DNA of 63,926 nt, counting the filler, from Lama guanicoe (taxonomy: Eukaryota), in assembly GCA_013239625.1 (NCBI GenBank). It is 102 parts of 102 records of this genome, joined end to end, with 100 filler letters (N's around TTAATTAATTAA, not from the genome) between each part and the next. Parts side by side here need not be neighbours in the genome. Positions count along the whole stretch, not along the records: positions 10,658 to 11,476 come from PNXV01026562.1; positions 11,577 to 11,859 come from PNXV01026563.1; positions 11,960 to 12,525 come from PNXV01026564.1; positions 12,626 to 13,358 come from PNXV01026565.1; positions 13,459 to 13,870 come from PNXV01026567.1; positions 13,971 to 14,452 come from PNXV01026568.1; positions 14,553 to 15,050 come from PNXV01026569.1; positions 15,151 to 15,924 come from PNXV01026571.1; 94 more parts are not named here. One strand, written 5' to 3'. Shown here one piece after another: positions 10,900 to 22,581 of the stretch. Every line of letters starts with the position of its first letter. Position 1 is the stretch's first letter. Both the position numbers and the translations under genes were made by a program. Below the pieces are notes generated by a model. It saw only the letters and a program-made list of their open reading frames with translations, was not told where the DNA came from and searched no databases.

Positions 10900-11476
10900 C
10901 CTGTCCCACCTTCTCTCACAGAACCCAGAGAGGATCGCTGGCCCTCCTGCGCATGCGCAGTCAGTGCCAAGTGGTCCGCTGGTTGGAAGCTCCATATCCT
11001 AGCCGGGGATCGGACCCAAAGTTTTCTCAACTCTGTTGCCCGGTAGGCCTTTGGTTCCTGTCTGGGGCCGGGGCCTCTGGCTGTGGAAGTGCAAGGTGGG
11101 GGACTCCCGGAATAGTGGTCAGGCGGTTGCGGGAGGGCGGTCTGCCTGTCACAGTCCCCAAGGGCGCCAGTCAGCCCGTGTTCAGATGAATTGCTCAGTC
11201 CAGACCCCTCTACCCGCGCCACCTGCCCCGGCGCCCCGGCCACAGCTGCCAAGGGCCAGGTGTGCACCTGCCACCTCTCACCCAGCCGGGATCCCCTCAG
11301 TCCGCGGCTGGCGTCCCCTTCCCCTCTCTCGCCCGCGAGTCCTCTAATCCCGGGCTTCCTCTCCTTGGCCGCCGGCCCGTTCACGCCCCTGGGAGGGCTG
11401 TGTCCGGGCGGGCGGGGACTCTGGACCCGGACGGGGCGGGGGGCTGGGGCTGGGGCTGGCCTCCGAGCAGGGCTGC
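10900..11476 (+). promoter_or_regulatory. CpG-island promoter-like region with NRF1 palindrome (paralog of 35541-36047)
   Basis: TGCGCATGCGCA at 10948-10959, CpG-rich downstream sequence, candidate donor CCG/GTAGGC at 11043, GC boxes near 11406-11440. Confidence 0.6.
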
Positions 11477-11576
11477 NNNNNNNNNNNNNNNNNNNNNNNN
11501 NNNNNNNNNNNNNNNNNNNNTTAATTAATTAANNNNNNNNNNNNNNNNNNNNNNNNNNNNNNNNNNNNNNNNNNNN

Positions 11577-11859
11577 CGGAATGCAAAACATAGAATACAC
11601 AATATAGTATCTAGAACACAGAATATAGGATATTGAAAACAGAATATAGATCCCAGGATTTAGAACATGGAATGAAGAACACAGAATTTGGAATATAAAA
11701 TACAGAATACTGAATATAGATTTTAGAATATAGAATGTACAACACAGAATATAGATTATAGAATAGGCAACTTAGAACCCAGAATTTTGAACATGGAATG
11801 CCGAACGCACAAATTAGAATATAGAATACAGAATACTGAATATAGAATTTAGAACATGG
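11577..11859 (+). repeat. Heptamer satellite
   Basis: 7-bp tiling. Confidence 0.95.
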
Positions 11860-11959
11860 NNNNNNNNNNNNNNNNNNNNNNNNNNNNNNNNNNNNNNNNN
11901 NNNTTAATTAATTAANNNNNNNNNNNNNNNNNNNNNNNNNNNNNNNNNNNNNNNNNNNN

Positions 11960-12525
11960 GCCTGGTCTGGGGCGCGGTTTGGGCCAGTGGTCACGGGGGC
12001 CTGAACTGTGGCGCCGTTTGGGTCAGTGACTACGGGATCCTGGCTTCGGGCGAAGTTTGGGCCAGTGGTCGTGGGGGCCTGGCCTGGGGAGCGGTTTGGG
12101 CCAGGGGTCGCGGGGGCCTGGCCTGGGGCGCGGGTTGGGCCAGTGGTCGCGGGGGCGTTGTCTGGGGAGCGGTTTTTGCCAGTGGTCACGGGGGCCTGAC
12201 CTGGGGCGCCGTTTGGGTCAGTGACTACGGGATCCTGGCTTCGGGCGCAGTTTGGGCCAGTGGTCGCGGGGGCCTGGCCTGGGGAGCGGTTTGGGCCAGT
12301 GGTCGCAGGGGCCTGTCCTGGGGACCGTTTTGCGTCAGTGGTCTTAGGGGCCTGGTCTGGGGAGCGGTTAGGGCCAGTGGTCGCGGGGGCCTGGTCTGGG
12401 GCGAGGGTTGGGCCAGTGGTCGCGGGGGCCTTGTCTGGGGAGCGGTTTTTGCCAGTGGTCGCGGGGGCCTGGTCTTCAGACCGGTTTGGGCCAGTGGTAG
12501 CGGGGGCCTGGTTTGGGCCAGTGGT
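11960..12525 (-). repeat. 39-bp GC-rich VNTR; minus frame is open end to end and reads (QAPATTGPNRSPG)n
   Basis: GGGYCAGTG at 11981, 12020, 12059 and onward; no stop in the minus frame over 188 codons. Confidence 0.9.
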
Positions 12526-12625
12526 NNNNNNNNNNNNNNNNNNNNNNNNNNNNNNNNNNNNNNNNNNNNTTAATTAATTAANNNNNNNNNNNNNNNNNNN
12601 NNNNNNNNNNNNNNNNNNNNNNNNN

Positions 12626-13358
12626 TTTGCATTTCTCTGATAATTAGTGATGTTGAGCACCTTTTCATGTGCCTGTTGGCTGGCTGGCTGTCTTCTTTGC
12701 AAAAATGTCTATCTAGGTCTTCTGTCTACTTTTTGCTTGGATTTCGGGGGGTTTTCTTGTTATTGAAGATCTCATTTCTCTTAATTTTCAGCATATCTGT
12801 TTAAGTTTTTCACTTTCCCTAGGTTAATTTCAGTAAATCATTTTCTGCTACATTAGCAAATCTGTTATCTAATGTTGCATGTGATGCTTTCTAATCATCT
12901 TAACTTTTTTAATCTATAGTTTTGTTTTCTTTCTCATTCTTAATCTTATATATTTTTACCTCTTTTTTCTTAATCATGCTCACAGCAGTTTTTCTATTTT
13001 ATTTGTCTTTTCAAAGAGTTTTATAGTATATTATTTCTACTATGTTTTTGTTTTCCTTTTCATTAATTTTATGTTTTACGATTCTCTCTCCTCTCTTCCA
13101 GATTTATTTATCCTATTGTTCTTTTTATTAACTTCTTAAAACAAGTATTAATTTCCTTATATTTCTGTCTTTATTCTTTATGTCTAAAGCTATACATTTC
13201 CTCTTAATATAGCTTTGACTGTATTTATTTCTACATATTTTGTAATTTCCTATTTTATTCATGAATATTGAAGGATATTAATCTTTTTAGAAATACATTT
13301 ACAATGTATTTTGATTTGATTTGATTATTATCAAAGAACAAGACCTATAAAATCTCTA
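12626..13358 (-). mobile_element. L1 fragments (ORF2 3' part, then older AT-rich L1-like sequence)
   Basis: TTTGCATTTCTCTGATAATTAGTGATGTTGAGCACCTTTTCATGTGCCTGTTGGC is a canonical antisense L1 motif. Confidence 0.75.
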
Positions 13359-13458
13359 NNNNNNNNNNNNNNNNNNNNNNNNNNNNNNNNNNNNNNNNNN
13401 NNTTAATTAATTAANNNNNNNNNNNNNNNNNNNNNNNNNNNNNNNNNNNNNNNNNNNN

Positions 13459-13870
13459 TTCTAATTTCTATATTCAGTATTCTGCTTTCTGTATTCTAAA
13501 TTCTGTGATTTCATCATATGTTCTAAATTCTGTATTCAGTATTATGTATTCTGTATTCTAAATTCTGTGTTCTGCATTCCATTTCTAAATTCTGGCTTCT
13601 ATATTCTCTTTTATATATTCTATATTTTGTGTTGTTCTTTCTATATTCCACATTCTATATTCTGCATAAGGTATTCTATATTGAATATTCTGTGTTTTAC
13701 ATTCTATATTCGAAATTCTATATTCAGTATTCTGTATTTTATAACCTAAACTCTGTATTCTTCATTCCATGTTCTAAATTCTGGGTTCTATATTCTCTAA
13801 CCTATTCTATATTGTGTGTTCTTCATTCTATATTCTACATATTATAGTCTGCATTCCGTATTCTATATTC
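13459..13870 (-). repeat. Heptamer satellite
   Basis: TATTCTA-type tiling. Confidence 0.95.
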
Positions 13871-13970
13871 NNNNNNNNNNNNNNNNNNNNNNNNNNNNNN
13901 NNNNNNNNNNNNNNTTAATTAATTAANNNNNNNNNNNNNNNNNNNNNNNNNNNNNNNNNNNNNNNNNNNN

Positions 13971-14031
13971 ACTGGAAATTGACACAAGATTTTAAACTGA
14001 CCATAACTCAACAAAAAAAGTGTTAAAAAAA
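13971..14031 (+). mobile_element. L1 3' tail
   Basis: ACTGGAAATTGACACAAGATTTTAAACTGACCATAACTCAAC plus A-tail. Confidence 0.7.
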
Positions 14032-14552
14032 CGTGCTCCATTCAGAGCTATGGTTATTACATGCTGATCTTTCAGGGACAGAGACTAGGTTGGAACCTAA
14101 ATGTACAGACTGGGAGAGAAAGGGATTTCAGCTACTCTGACCACTTCATGTTGAATGAAACAGAGAGGCCAAGCCCTCACATTTCAAAAGTGCCCAGTTG
14201 GTGAGAAGACCCACTGCAGGGCGGGAGAAGGGAAGAAACCTCCTTAACAAAGGTCCCAGATGAGAAAATGGCCCAGTGACACTCACTCAGCCCAGACGGC
14301 CTTCAGCCTGAACGTGAGCATGGGGAACCCGGCCAGAAGTAGGAGTGAGGCCTCCCCTCACCTGCGCAAGGTGGAGGCAGCTCTCAGCACCCCCCTCACC
14401 ACCCACCTGTCCAGCCTTCCTCACTGAGTCACAAGGGAACTGGGTGGAAAGGNNNNNNNNNNNNNNNNNNNNNNNNNNNNNNNNNNNNNNNNNNNNTTAA
14501 TTAATTAANNNNNNNNNNNNNNNNNNNNNNNNNNNNNNNNNNNNNNNNNNNN

Positions 14553-15050
14553 ACGCGCTGCCGACCGTTGGTGGAACCTCCCCACGCTCACTATTCCGGA
14601 ATCATTGTCATTGAGTGGGGGAGTTCGAGAGACAACTTGACGCAGCTCTCTTCAGTCACAGGTGTTCCGTGCTCGGTTAAGTGCGAGAAATACCTTTCCT
14701 GACCTTGGGGAGGCAGCCTCTGTCACTGGGATTTCCTGCAACCCCCCCCCTAGTATTCCCTGGCACAGAGACATGAGGAAAACCCTCAGGGGAGACGAGC
14801 ACAGGCATTCCGTTAGAACCCACGCGCTGCCGACCGCTGGTGGAACCTCCCCACGCTCGGGATTCCGGAACCATTGTCATTGACTGGGGGAGCTCGAGAG
14901 ACAACACCACGCAGCTCTCTTCAGTCACAGGTGTTCCCTGATAGGGGAAGTCCGAGAAATAACTTCCCCGATCATGGGGATACAGCCTCTGTCACTGGGA
15001 ATTCCTGCAACCCACCCTAGCAATCCCTGGCACAGAGACATGAGGAAAAC
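14553..15050 (+). repeat. 267-bp satellite
   Basis: ACGCGCTGCCGACCG..GGTGGAACCTCCCCACGCTC repeats. Confidence 0.95.
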
Positions 15051-16209
15051 NNNNNNNNNNNNNNNNNNNNNNNNNNNNNNNNNNNNNNNNNNNNTTAATT
15101 AATTAANNNNNNNNNNNNNNNNNNNNNNNNNNNNNNNNNNNNNNNNNNNNTGCAAGTCCACACAGACAGGCTTCAATGCTACTGGGTTCAGTGACTGGGA
15201 TGATAAAAGTGGATGCAGCTAAGCCTGGAATCTCAAAGGGCACGAGTTACATGTAAGAAATTAACTAAAGTCTAAGAAAATAAACAATCCAAGATAACAT
15301 AACATGCAACAAGGCTGAGAGGATTAATGGTCACTTATATTGCACCAGAGGCGAATAAAGAACATGAAAAGAAATTCTTCTGTTTGAGAGCGAGGGAAGG
15401 AAATGTGTAATGTACCCACATGTCTGCAATTTAGGGCAAAAACTAATGATCATTTTGGGCAGAAAGGACACATGTGATGACAGTGTCCTTAGGCAAAATG
15501 TTCCATGATAGCCTTGATTTTCAAAGACCTTTTTGAACCTTCTAATTAGATGATGCTTCATTATGTCGAACATGCCTTTTTCTATAATTTAATTGAGTAG
15601 AGTATGTGGATCCTAATTCATTAATAGCATTCCTCTGGCAATTTCATATCCTATTATTATTCAAAATGCAATTTTTAAACCAGCAAAATTCTTAGATAAT
15701 TTACCAACATCCATTTCTCTAGAAAACCTATTTCCACATAAAGATCTTTGTCATCCTCTATACCATAAGGCTCTGCTAACCTCAAACGTTATCATTTAAC
15801 AAGTATTTATTTAACATCTGCTATGCGTATAGGCAGGGTCACCCTGATTTACAATTCCTGGGCCACCATCAGCACCTCAGAACAGCAACTTAGCGTAAAA
15901 GCTTCAAGACCACATGTGGCAGCCNNNNNNNNNNNNNNNNNNNNNNNNNNNNNNNNNNNNNNNNNNNNTTAATTAATTAANNNNNNNNNNNNNNNNNNNN
16001 NNNNNNNNNNNNNNNNNNNNNNNNTACTGATTCAAGATTTCAAAAGCTACAGGATTAAAAAAATTAAATCTTCTTTAAGTTAAAAGCCTCCAGAATAGGT
16101 CAGCATATGTTATATTTCTTTTCCTGAAGAAAATTATTTTTCGGATCCTCTTGAAAAATTAACAACACAGAATTGGAAAACAGCACTCATCTAAAGATAC
16201 TCTGTGGCC

Positions 16210-16312
16210 TCACTGAGGAAAGAGAAATTCAGAGATATCAGTTAAGTGGCAGAGCCAGGATCTGGACCTGATTCTATTAAATTCCAAACTCCGTGTACTG
16301 TCCACTCTACTA
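16210..16312 (-). mobile_element. MIR remnant
   Basis: ACTGAGGAAA..AGTTAAGTGGCAGAGCCAGGATCTGGACC..ATTCCAAACTCCGTG. Confidence 0.55.
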
Positions 16313-16744
16313 TTTTCCCACATTACAGATTTCCGTGGTCTGGCATGCATTAACGAAAAGGATTCTGTGCTAGAAGTCAACAGATTTACGTTCAAACCTG
16401 GACACTGCCACTCCCTGTCTTTCCATTTTGGGTGTATTCATGAGAAACGATACAGAAGCCTTGATCTGTCANNNNNNNNNNNNNNNNNNNNNNNNNNNNN
16501 NNNNNNNNNNNNNNNTTAATTAATTAANNNNNNNNNNNNNNNNNNNNNNNNNNNNNNNNNNNNNNNNNNNNTTGAAGGCCCAGAAGATAAGCTTTCAAAC
16601 AACTAGACTGCAAAACGCTAATTAGACCAAGTGTTGAAAATGGAGGTCTGGAAAACCCTGAAGAACAACATTGTCTCAGAATCAGAAAAGGCAGTATATT
16701 AGAAAAGGGGAAGAGAAAGTCTAAAGACGAGCCAAAAAAATCAG

Positions 16745-17047
16745 AAAACTCAATGGATGTGATAATATCAGGGCTAAAATTCAGTCCTTAGCAGACTAGA
16801 TAATGCAGAGGGACGCGTGAATGACTGTGAAGACAGGGGAACAGAAATCCCTCGGTCAGAAGCAGACATAGGAAAGCAAGTGCAAACCAATGAAACATTG
16901 CTGTTGAATCCTGGGTTAAGACAGGGCATGAAAGACTAGAGTTCATAAGAGTCCCAGATGGAAAAGCAAGAGATAAAAAAACAAAAACTGTCTGAAATTG
17001 TATCTGTAGAAAAATCAGACTGAAACTTGCTGAAAGCCAAGAAAGAA
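16745..17047 (+). mobile_element. Degenerate L1 ORF1 (coiled-coil to RRM region)
   Basis: Translates SRLDNAEGRVNDCEDRGTEIPRSE..QTNE and IRVPDGKARDK, resembling the L1 ORF1 motifs SRLDxAEERISxLED and IIGVPEGEE. Confidence 0.75.
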
Positions 17048-17404
17048 NNNNNNNNNNNNNNNNNNNNNNNNNNNNNNNNNNNNNNNNNNNNTTAATTAAT
17101 TAANNNNNNNNNNNNNNNNNNNNNNNNNNNNNNNNNNNNNNNNNNNNATGTTTTACTGACTGTAGATGTAAGGGGAGAAACAAAAATAGTTTAAACATTT
17201 GTCACTTTTAAAAATATATACTTTTTCAATTAAAAGCTTAAATTCTACTAAGGACATTATAAGAACACTAAAGAAAGTGAACAAATCACCTCCCTTTTTA
17301 TCATAGTACTACAAAATATTTTGATTTTCAAGAGTTCTTTTCTTCAATGTTTTTACCAGCTACATGCACATTTTACTAAAATATATCCCTATACTCTCTT
17401 TAAA

Positions 17405-17570
17405 ATCAATTAAATTATTAAAATAATTCTCTGTGCTGTAAATATAGCCCTGTTGGTTCTCTAATTTATTACTAGTAACTTACACATTTCTGTCTTCTCC
17501 ATCCTTTATCCCTTTCCCTAAAGGTAACCACTACTTGGTACAGTACACATATATATGTGATTCTTTTTCT
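17405..17570 (-). mobile_element. L1 3' UTR fragment
   Basis: TTCTCTGTGCTGTAAA..CCCTGTTGGTT..CCCTTTCCC..GGTAACCAC antisense motifs. Confidence 0.6.
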
Positions 17571-17670
17571 NNNNNNNNNNNNNNNNNNNNNNNNNNNNNN
17601 NNNNNNNNNNNNNNTTAATTAATTAANNNNNNNNNNNNNNNNNNNNNNNNNNNNNNNNNNNNNNNNNNNN

Positions 17671-18267
17671 TTAGAATATACAGTGCAGAATACTGATATA
17701 GTATTTAGAATATAGAATGAAGAATACTGAATATAGAATTTAGACTATAGAAAGTAGAACACAGAAAATAGAATATAGAATACAGTATATACAACCCAGA
17801 ATTTAGAACATGGAATTCAGAACAGAAAATATGGTATATAGAATAGAAAATACTGAATATTAGATTTAGAACATAGATTGCAGAACACTGAATTTAGAAT
17901 ATACTATACAGAAAACTGAATATAGAATTTACAACAAAGTTTGCAGAACAATGAATTTAGAATATAGTGTTCAGAATACTGAATATTGAATTATAATATA
18001 GAATTTAAAACACATTATATAGAATATAGAAAAAAGAATATAGAAAACTGAAATTAGAACATGGAATGCAGAACACATAATTTACACTATATAATCCGGA
18101 ATGCAGAATATAGAATACAGAATATAGAATTTAGAAAACAGATTATACAATATGGAAAACAGAATACAAAACCCAGAATTTAGAGCATGGAATGCAGAAA
18201 ACAGAAGATAGAATACATAATACAGAATACTGAATATAGAATTTTGAACATAAATGCAGAACACAGA
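17671..18267 (+). repeat. Heptamer satellite
   Basis: 7-bp tiling. Confidence 0.95.
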
Positions 18268-18367
18268 NNNNNNNNNNNNNNNNNNNNNNNNNNNNNNNNN
18301 NNNNNNNNNNNTTAATTAATTAANNNNNNNNNNNNNNNNNNNNNNNNNNNNNNNNNNNNNNNNNNNN

Positions 18368-18589
18368 CTGGGTTCTATATTCTATACTCTACGTTCTTTA
18401 TTCTGTGTTCTACATTTTTTATTCTAAATTCTATATTCAGTATTCCGTATTCTATATTATATATTCTGGTTTCTGCATTCCATGTTCAAAAATCTATATT
18501 CAGTATTCTGTATTCTTTATTCTAAATACTGAATTCTGCTTTCCATGTTCTAATCCTATATTCAGTATTCTATATTCTATATTCTAAAT
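18368..18589 (-). repeat. Heptamer satellite
   Basis: 7-bp tiling. Confidence 0.95.
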
Positions 18590-19195
18590 NNNNNNNNNNN
18601 NNNNNNNNNNNNNNNNNNNNNNNNNNNNNNNNNTTAATTAATTAANNNNNNNNNNNNNNNNNNNNNNNNNNNNNNNNNNNNNNNNNNNNCTTCTCACACC
18701 CTTGTTTTTAAAATTTAGAAGCTGCAGCTAGACTCTGCCGACAGACACACACAGACAGGTGGCTAGGACCTCTCCGACCCAAATCGGCACCTAGTTTGTG
18801 TTAAACCAAACTCACCCTGTGTTACAAGAACAACGCATGTCAAATCTCTGATTTCTCCGGAATCTTTTATCATTGCCCGTGAGGAAGAAACACACACAAG
18901 GACCTAGGGCCACTCCCCAGCACCTTGCACGCTGCTGTCACAGGCTTCTGAGAAGGAAGTTTGACTTTTTTCTTATACAGAAGAGCAGGACCAAACATTT
19001 GGCACACTGCCTCAGAGAAAGACAGATGTCAATCATAAGATTCTCATCGACCCGGAGGCTGGTCCTACACTCAAACAAGAAGAGCGGAGTCACGCGTGGG
19101 GTCGCGCATCGAGATGTAAGCTGCCCGCGGAGGGCACGTTACCCAAGGGAGACGCGTGCTAGGAGGGGCTTGGGTCTGGAACAGCGTGGTGGGGG

Positions 19196-19293
19196 GAGGA
19201 GGGTACAGCTCAGCGACAGAGCGCATGCCTAGCGTGCGGGAGGTCCTGGGTTCCAGCCCCAGCATCTCCACTAATTAATCAGTCAATCAATGA
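19196..19293 (+). mobile_element. tRNA-Ala-derived SINE (camelid Vic-1 type)
   Basis: GAGGGTACAGCTCAGCGACAGAGCGCATGCCTAGCGTGCGGGAGGTCCTGGGTTCCAGCCCCAGCATCTCCA plus TAAT/CAAT tail; D-loop GG and T-loop are broken. Confidence 0.8.
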
Positions 19294-19560
19294 ACATTGC
19301 AAGTCTGACCCGAAACCGGGCGAACCAGACTTTATCGTCCCTCTGCGAACAGCCCCAGAAATGCATCAAGAGAGGGCTTCAGTGTCACCAGTCCCGAGGA
19401 AACGGGCCGACACGAGGTTCCCTCACCACCACTCCTGGGACACGGCCGAGTCCCACAATGNNNNNNNNNNNNNNNNNNNNNNNNNNNNNNNNNNNNNNNN
19501 NNNNTTAATTAATTAANNNNNNNNNNNNNNNNNNNNNNNNNNNNNNNNNNNNNNNNNNNN

Positions 19561-20302
19561 TATTCTGTATTCTATATTCTATATTCTGTGTTCTGAATTC
19601 CATGTTCCAAATCCTCAGTTCTGCATTCTGCATTCTATATTCTATATTCTGTGTTCTACATTCTATATTCTACATTCTATATTCTGTATTCTGTATTCTA
19701 TATTCTATATTCTGTGTTCTACATTCTATATTCTACATTCTATATTCTGTATTCTGTATTCTATATTCTATATTCTGTGTTCTACATTCTATATTCTACA
19801 TTCTATATTCTGTATTCTGTATTCTATATTCTATATTCTGTGTTCTACATTCTATATTCTACATTCTATATTCTGTATTCTGTATTCTATATTCTATATT
19901 CTGTGTTCTACATTCTATATTCTACATTCTATATTCTGTATTCTGTATTCTATATTCTATATTCTGTGTTCTACATTCTATATTCTACATTCTATATTCT
20001 GTATTCTGTATTCTATATTCTATATTCTGTGTTCTACATTCTATATTCTACATTCTATATTCTGTATTCTGTATTCTATATTCTATATTCTGTGTTCTAC
20101 ATTCTATATTCTACATTCTATATTCTGTATTCTGTATTCTATATTCTATATTCTGTGTTCTGAATTCCATGTTCTAAATTCTGGGTTCTGTATTCTATAT
20201 TCTATATTCCATATTCTGTGTTCTACATTCTGTATTCTGCATTCCATATTCTCTATTCTATCTTCTAAATTCTGTGTTCTGAATTCCACGTTCTAAATTC
20301 TC
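19561..20302 (-). repeat. Heptamer satellite with about 8 perfect 63-bp (9-heptamer) units
   Basis: GTGTTC recurs at 19651, 19714 and every 63 bp up to 20155. Confidence 0.97.
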
Positions 20303-20402
20303 NNNNNNNNNNNNNNNNNNNNNNNNNNNNNNNNNNNNNNNNNNNNTTAATTAATTAANNNNNNNNNNNNNNNNNNNNNNNNNNNNNNNNNNNNNNNNNN
20401 NN

Positions 20403-20818
20403 ATTTTATTTAATTTTTGTGACTCCCTTGTAAGTTTTTGACTTGTGGTTATCTCTTTTTGTAAATCTATTAACCCATTACTATAACTGTTTTTATTAAA
20501 CTGATAGTAACATGATCTCAAACCCATCCTACTGTTAAAAAAATTTAAAAAAAGAAAGAAAAAAATTCTATATTTCCCTGCCTCCCTCTCACACTCTCAG
20601 TGATTTGTATGTCTTCTTTTATAATTTCATGTTTTCTTTATTTGTAATTCATGAGTTATCACCTTTCCAGTTGTGAGTTTCTCATTTCTGTAGCATCCTG
20701 CTGCTTTCCTATTTAGAATAGCCCTTTCAATATTTTTTTAGCATGGATTTAGTGTTGCTAAACTCCTGTAGCTTTTTTTTGTCTGTGAAATTCTTTATTT
20801 CTCCTTCTATCCTAACGG
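20403..20818 (-). mobile_element. L1 ORF1 C-terminus and inter-ORF region
   Basis: Minus strand reads RIEGEIKNFTDK..QEFSNTKSML..ILKGLF* with frameshifts, matching the L1 ORF1 end. Confidence 0.85.
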
Positions 20819-20918
20819 NNNNNNNNNNNNNNNNNNNNNNNNNNNNNNNNNNNNNNNNNNNNTTAATTAATTAANNNNNNNNNNNNNNNNNNNNNNNNNN
20901 NNNNNNNNNNNNNNNNNN

Positions 20919-21278
20919 TGTCTTCTATATACTCTTTTATGTATTTTATATTTTGTGTTCTTCATTCAATATTCCACATTCTCTATACTGCATTCCGTGA
21001 TCTATATTATATATTCTGTGTCTTTCATTCTATATTCAAAATTCTATATTCAGTATTCTGTATTCTATAATGTTAATTCTTTTTTCTGCATTCCATGTTC
21101 TAAATTCTGGGTCTATATTCTCTACTCTATACTATATTGTGTGTTTTTCATTCTATATTCAAAATTCTATATTCAGTATTCTGTATTCTATATTCTAAAT
21201 TCTAGGTTCTGCATTCCATGTTCTAATTACTGCGTTCCATATTCTCTATTCTATATTCTATATTCTGTGTTCTGTATT
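20919..21278 (-). repeat. Heptamer satellite
   Basis: 7-bp tiling. Confidence 0.95.
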
Positions 21279-21378
21279 NNNNNNNNNNNNNNNNNNNNNN
21301 NNNNNNNNNNNNNNNNNNNNNNTTAATTAATTAANNNNNNNNNNNNNNNNNNNNNNNNNNNNNNNNNNNNNNNNNNNN

Positions 21379-21937
21379 GCTGAATATAGTATTTAGAATA
21401 TAGCATGTAGAACACTGATATAGAATATATAATATAGATTATAGAAACCAGAATTAAGAACATGGAATGCAAAACACAGTAATTAGAATATATAATACAG
21501 TATACTGATCATAGAACTTAGAAAATAGAATGCAGAACACAGAATTTAGAATATGGAATACAGAATATAGAACGGAGAAAATGGAGTGCAGAACACAGAA
21601 TTTAGAATATAGATTACAGAATACTGAATATAGAATTTAGAATATAGAAAGCAGAACACAGAATATAGAATATAGAATAGAGAATTTAGAACATGGAATG
21701 CAGAACACAGAATTTAAAATATAGAATACAGAATACTGAATATAGAATTTGGAATATAGAAGGTAGAACACAGAATATATAATGTAGAATACGGAATGCA
21801 GAATATAGAATACAGAATATAGAATTTAGAACGCAGAATATAAAATATGGAAAACAGAATATAGAACAAAGAACTTAGAACATGGAATGCAGATCAAAGA
21901 ATTTAGAATATACTATAGAGATTACTGAATATAGAAT
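21379..21937 (+). repeat. Heptamer satellite
   Basis: 7-bp tiling. Confidence 0.95.
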
Positions 21938-22581
21938 NNNNNNNNNNNNNNNNNNNNNNNNNNNNNNNNNNNNNNNNNNNNTTAATTAATTAANNNNNNN
22001 NNNNNNNNNNNNNNNNNNNNNNNNNNNNNNNNNNNNNTCGTGTGTGTGTGGGAGCTGTGCAGAATATCAAAACCCTTTCCTACAAACCTAAAGCAGCATC
22101 CTGGGTGATGTCTTTCCGGCTCTTGGGGGGCATGACTGGTTTCTGGGTGATGGTCTTTGGTCATGTCACCGGCATACAAGGCTGAACTGTATCATGGCAA
22201 CAATTACTGTTTAACCAGTTATGCTGGCATTCATTGAAAAATGAATGATGCCGGGTATTTTACCAACAGCATCCACTGAAGTGTTAAAGTTACAAATACC
22301 ACAGAGAAATCAAACAAGGGAAAGAATTTTGATTTCCTGCAAATGTAAATACCAATAGCTCTTAATAGTCTTTAGAAATGTCTTGTAGTTGATGAAAATT
22401 GTCTTTTGGTGGCTTGTAATTATGAGAAGCTGCAAATGAATGTCTATTTCTGAAGGAGAATATAATAGAGATAGACAGACGNNNNNNNNNNNNNNNNNNN
22501 NNNNNNNNNNNNNNNNNNNNNNNNNTTAATTAATTAANNNNNNNNNNNNNNNNNNNNNNNNNNNNNNNNNNNNNNNNNNNN

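Noticed and set aside
19199..19270. tRNA-Ala(AGC)-like gene
   Set aside because: Lacks the D-loop GG and the TTCRA T-loop and has a SINE-type tail; the copies at 23312 and 40481 are also SINEs
19602..20177. Long hydrophobic Y/I/L/F/S ORFs (also at 55160, 62554 and elsewhere)
   Set aside because: Translations of the TATTCTA satellite strand, which is poor in stop codons
21640..21800. Heat-shock elements, TEAD (CATTCC) or steroid-receptor half sites (AGAACA) in the heptamer satellite
   Set aside because: GAA units are direct repeats at 7-bp spacing, not the inverted nGAAn pattern; the short motifs follow from the repeat alphabet and nothing here shows binding
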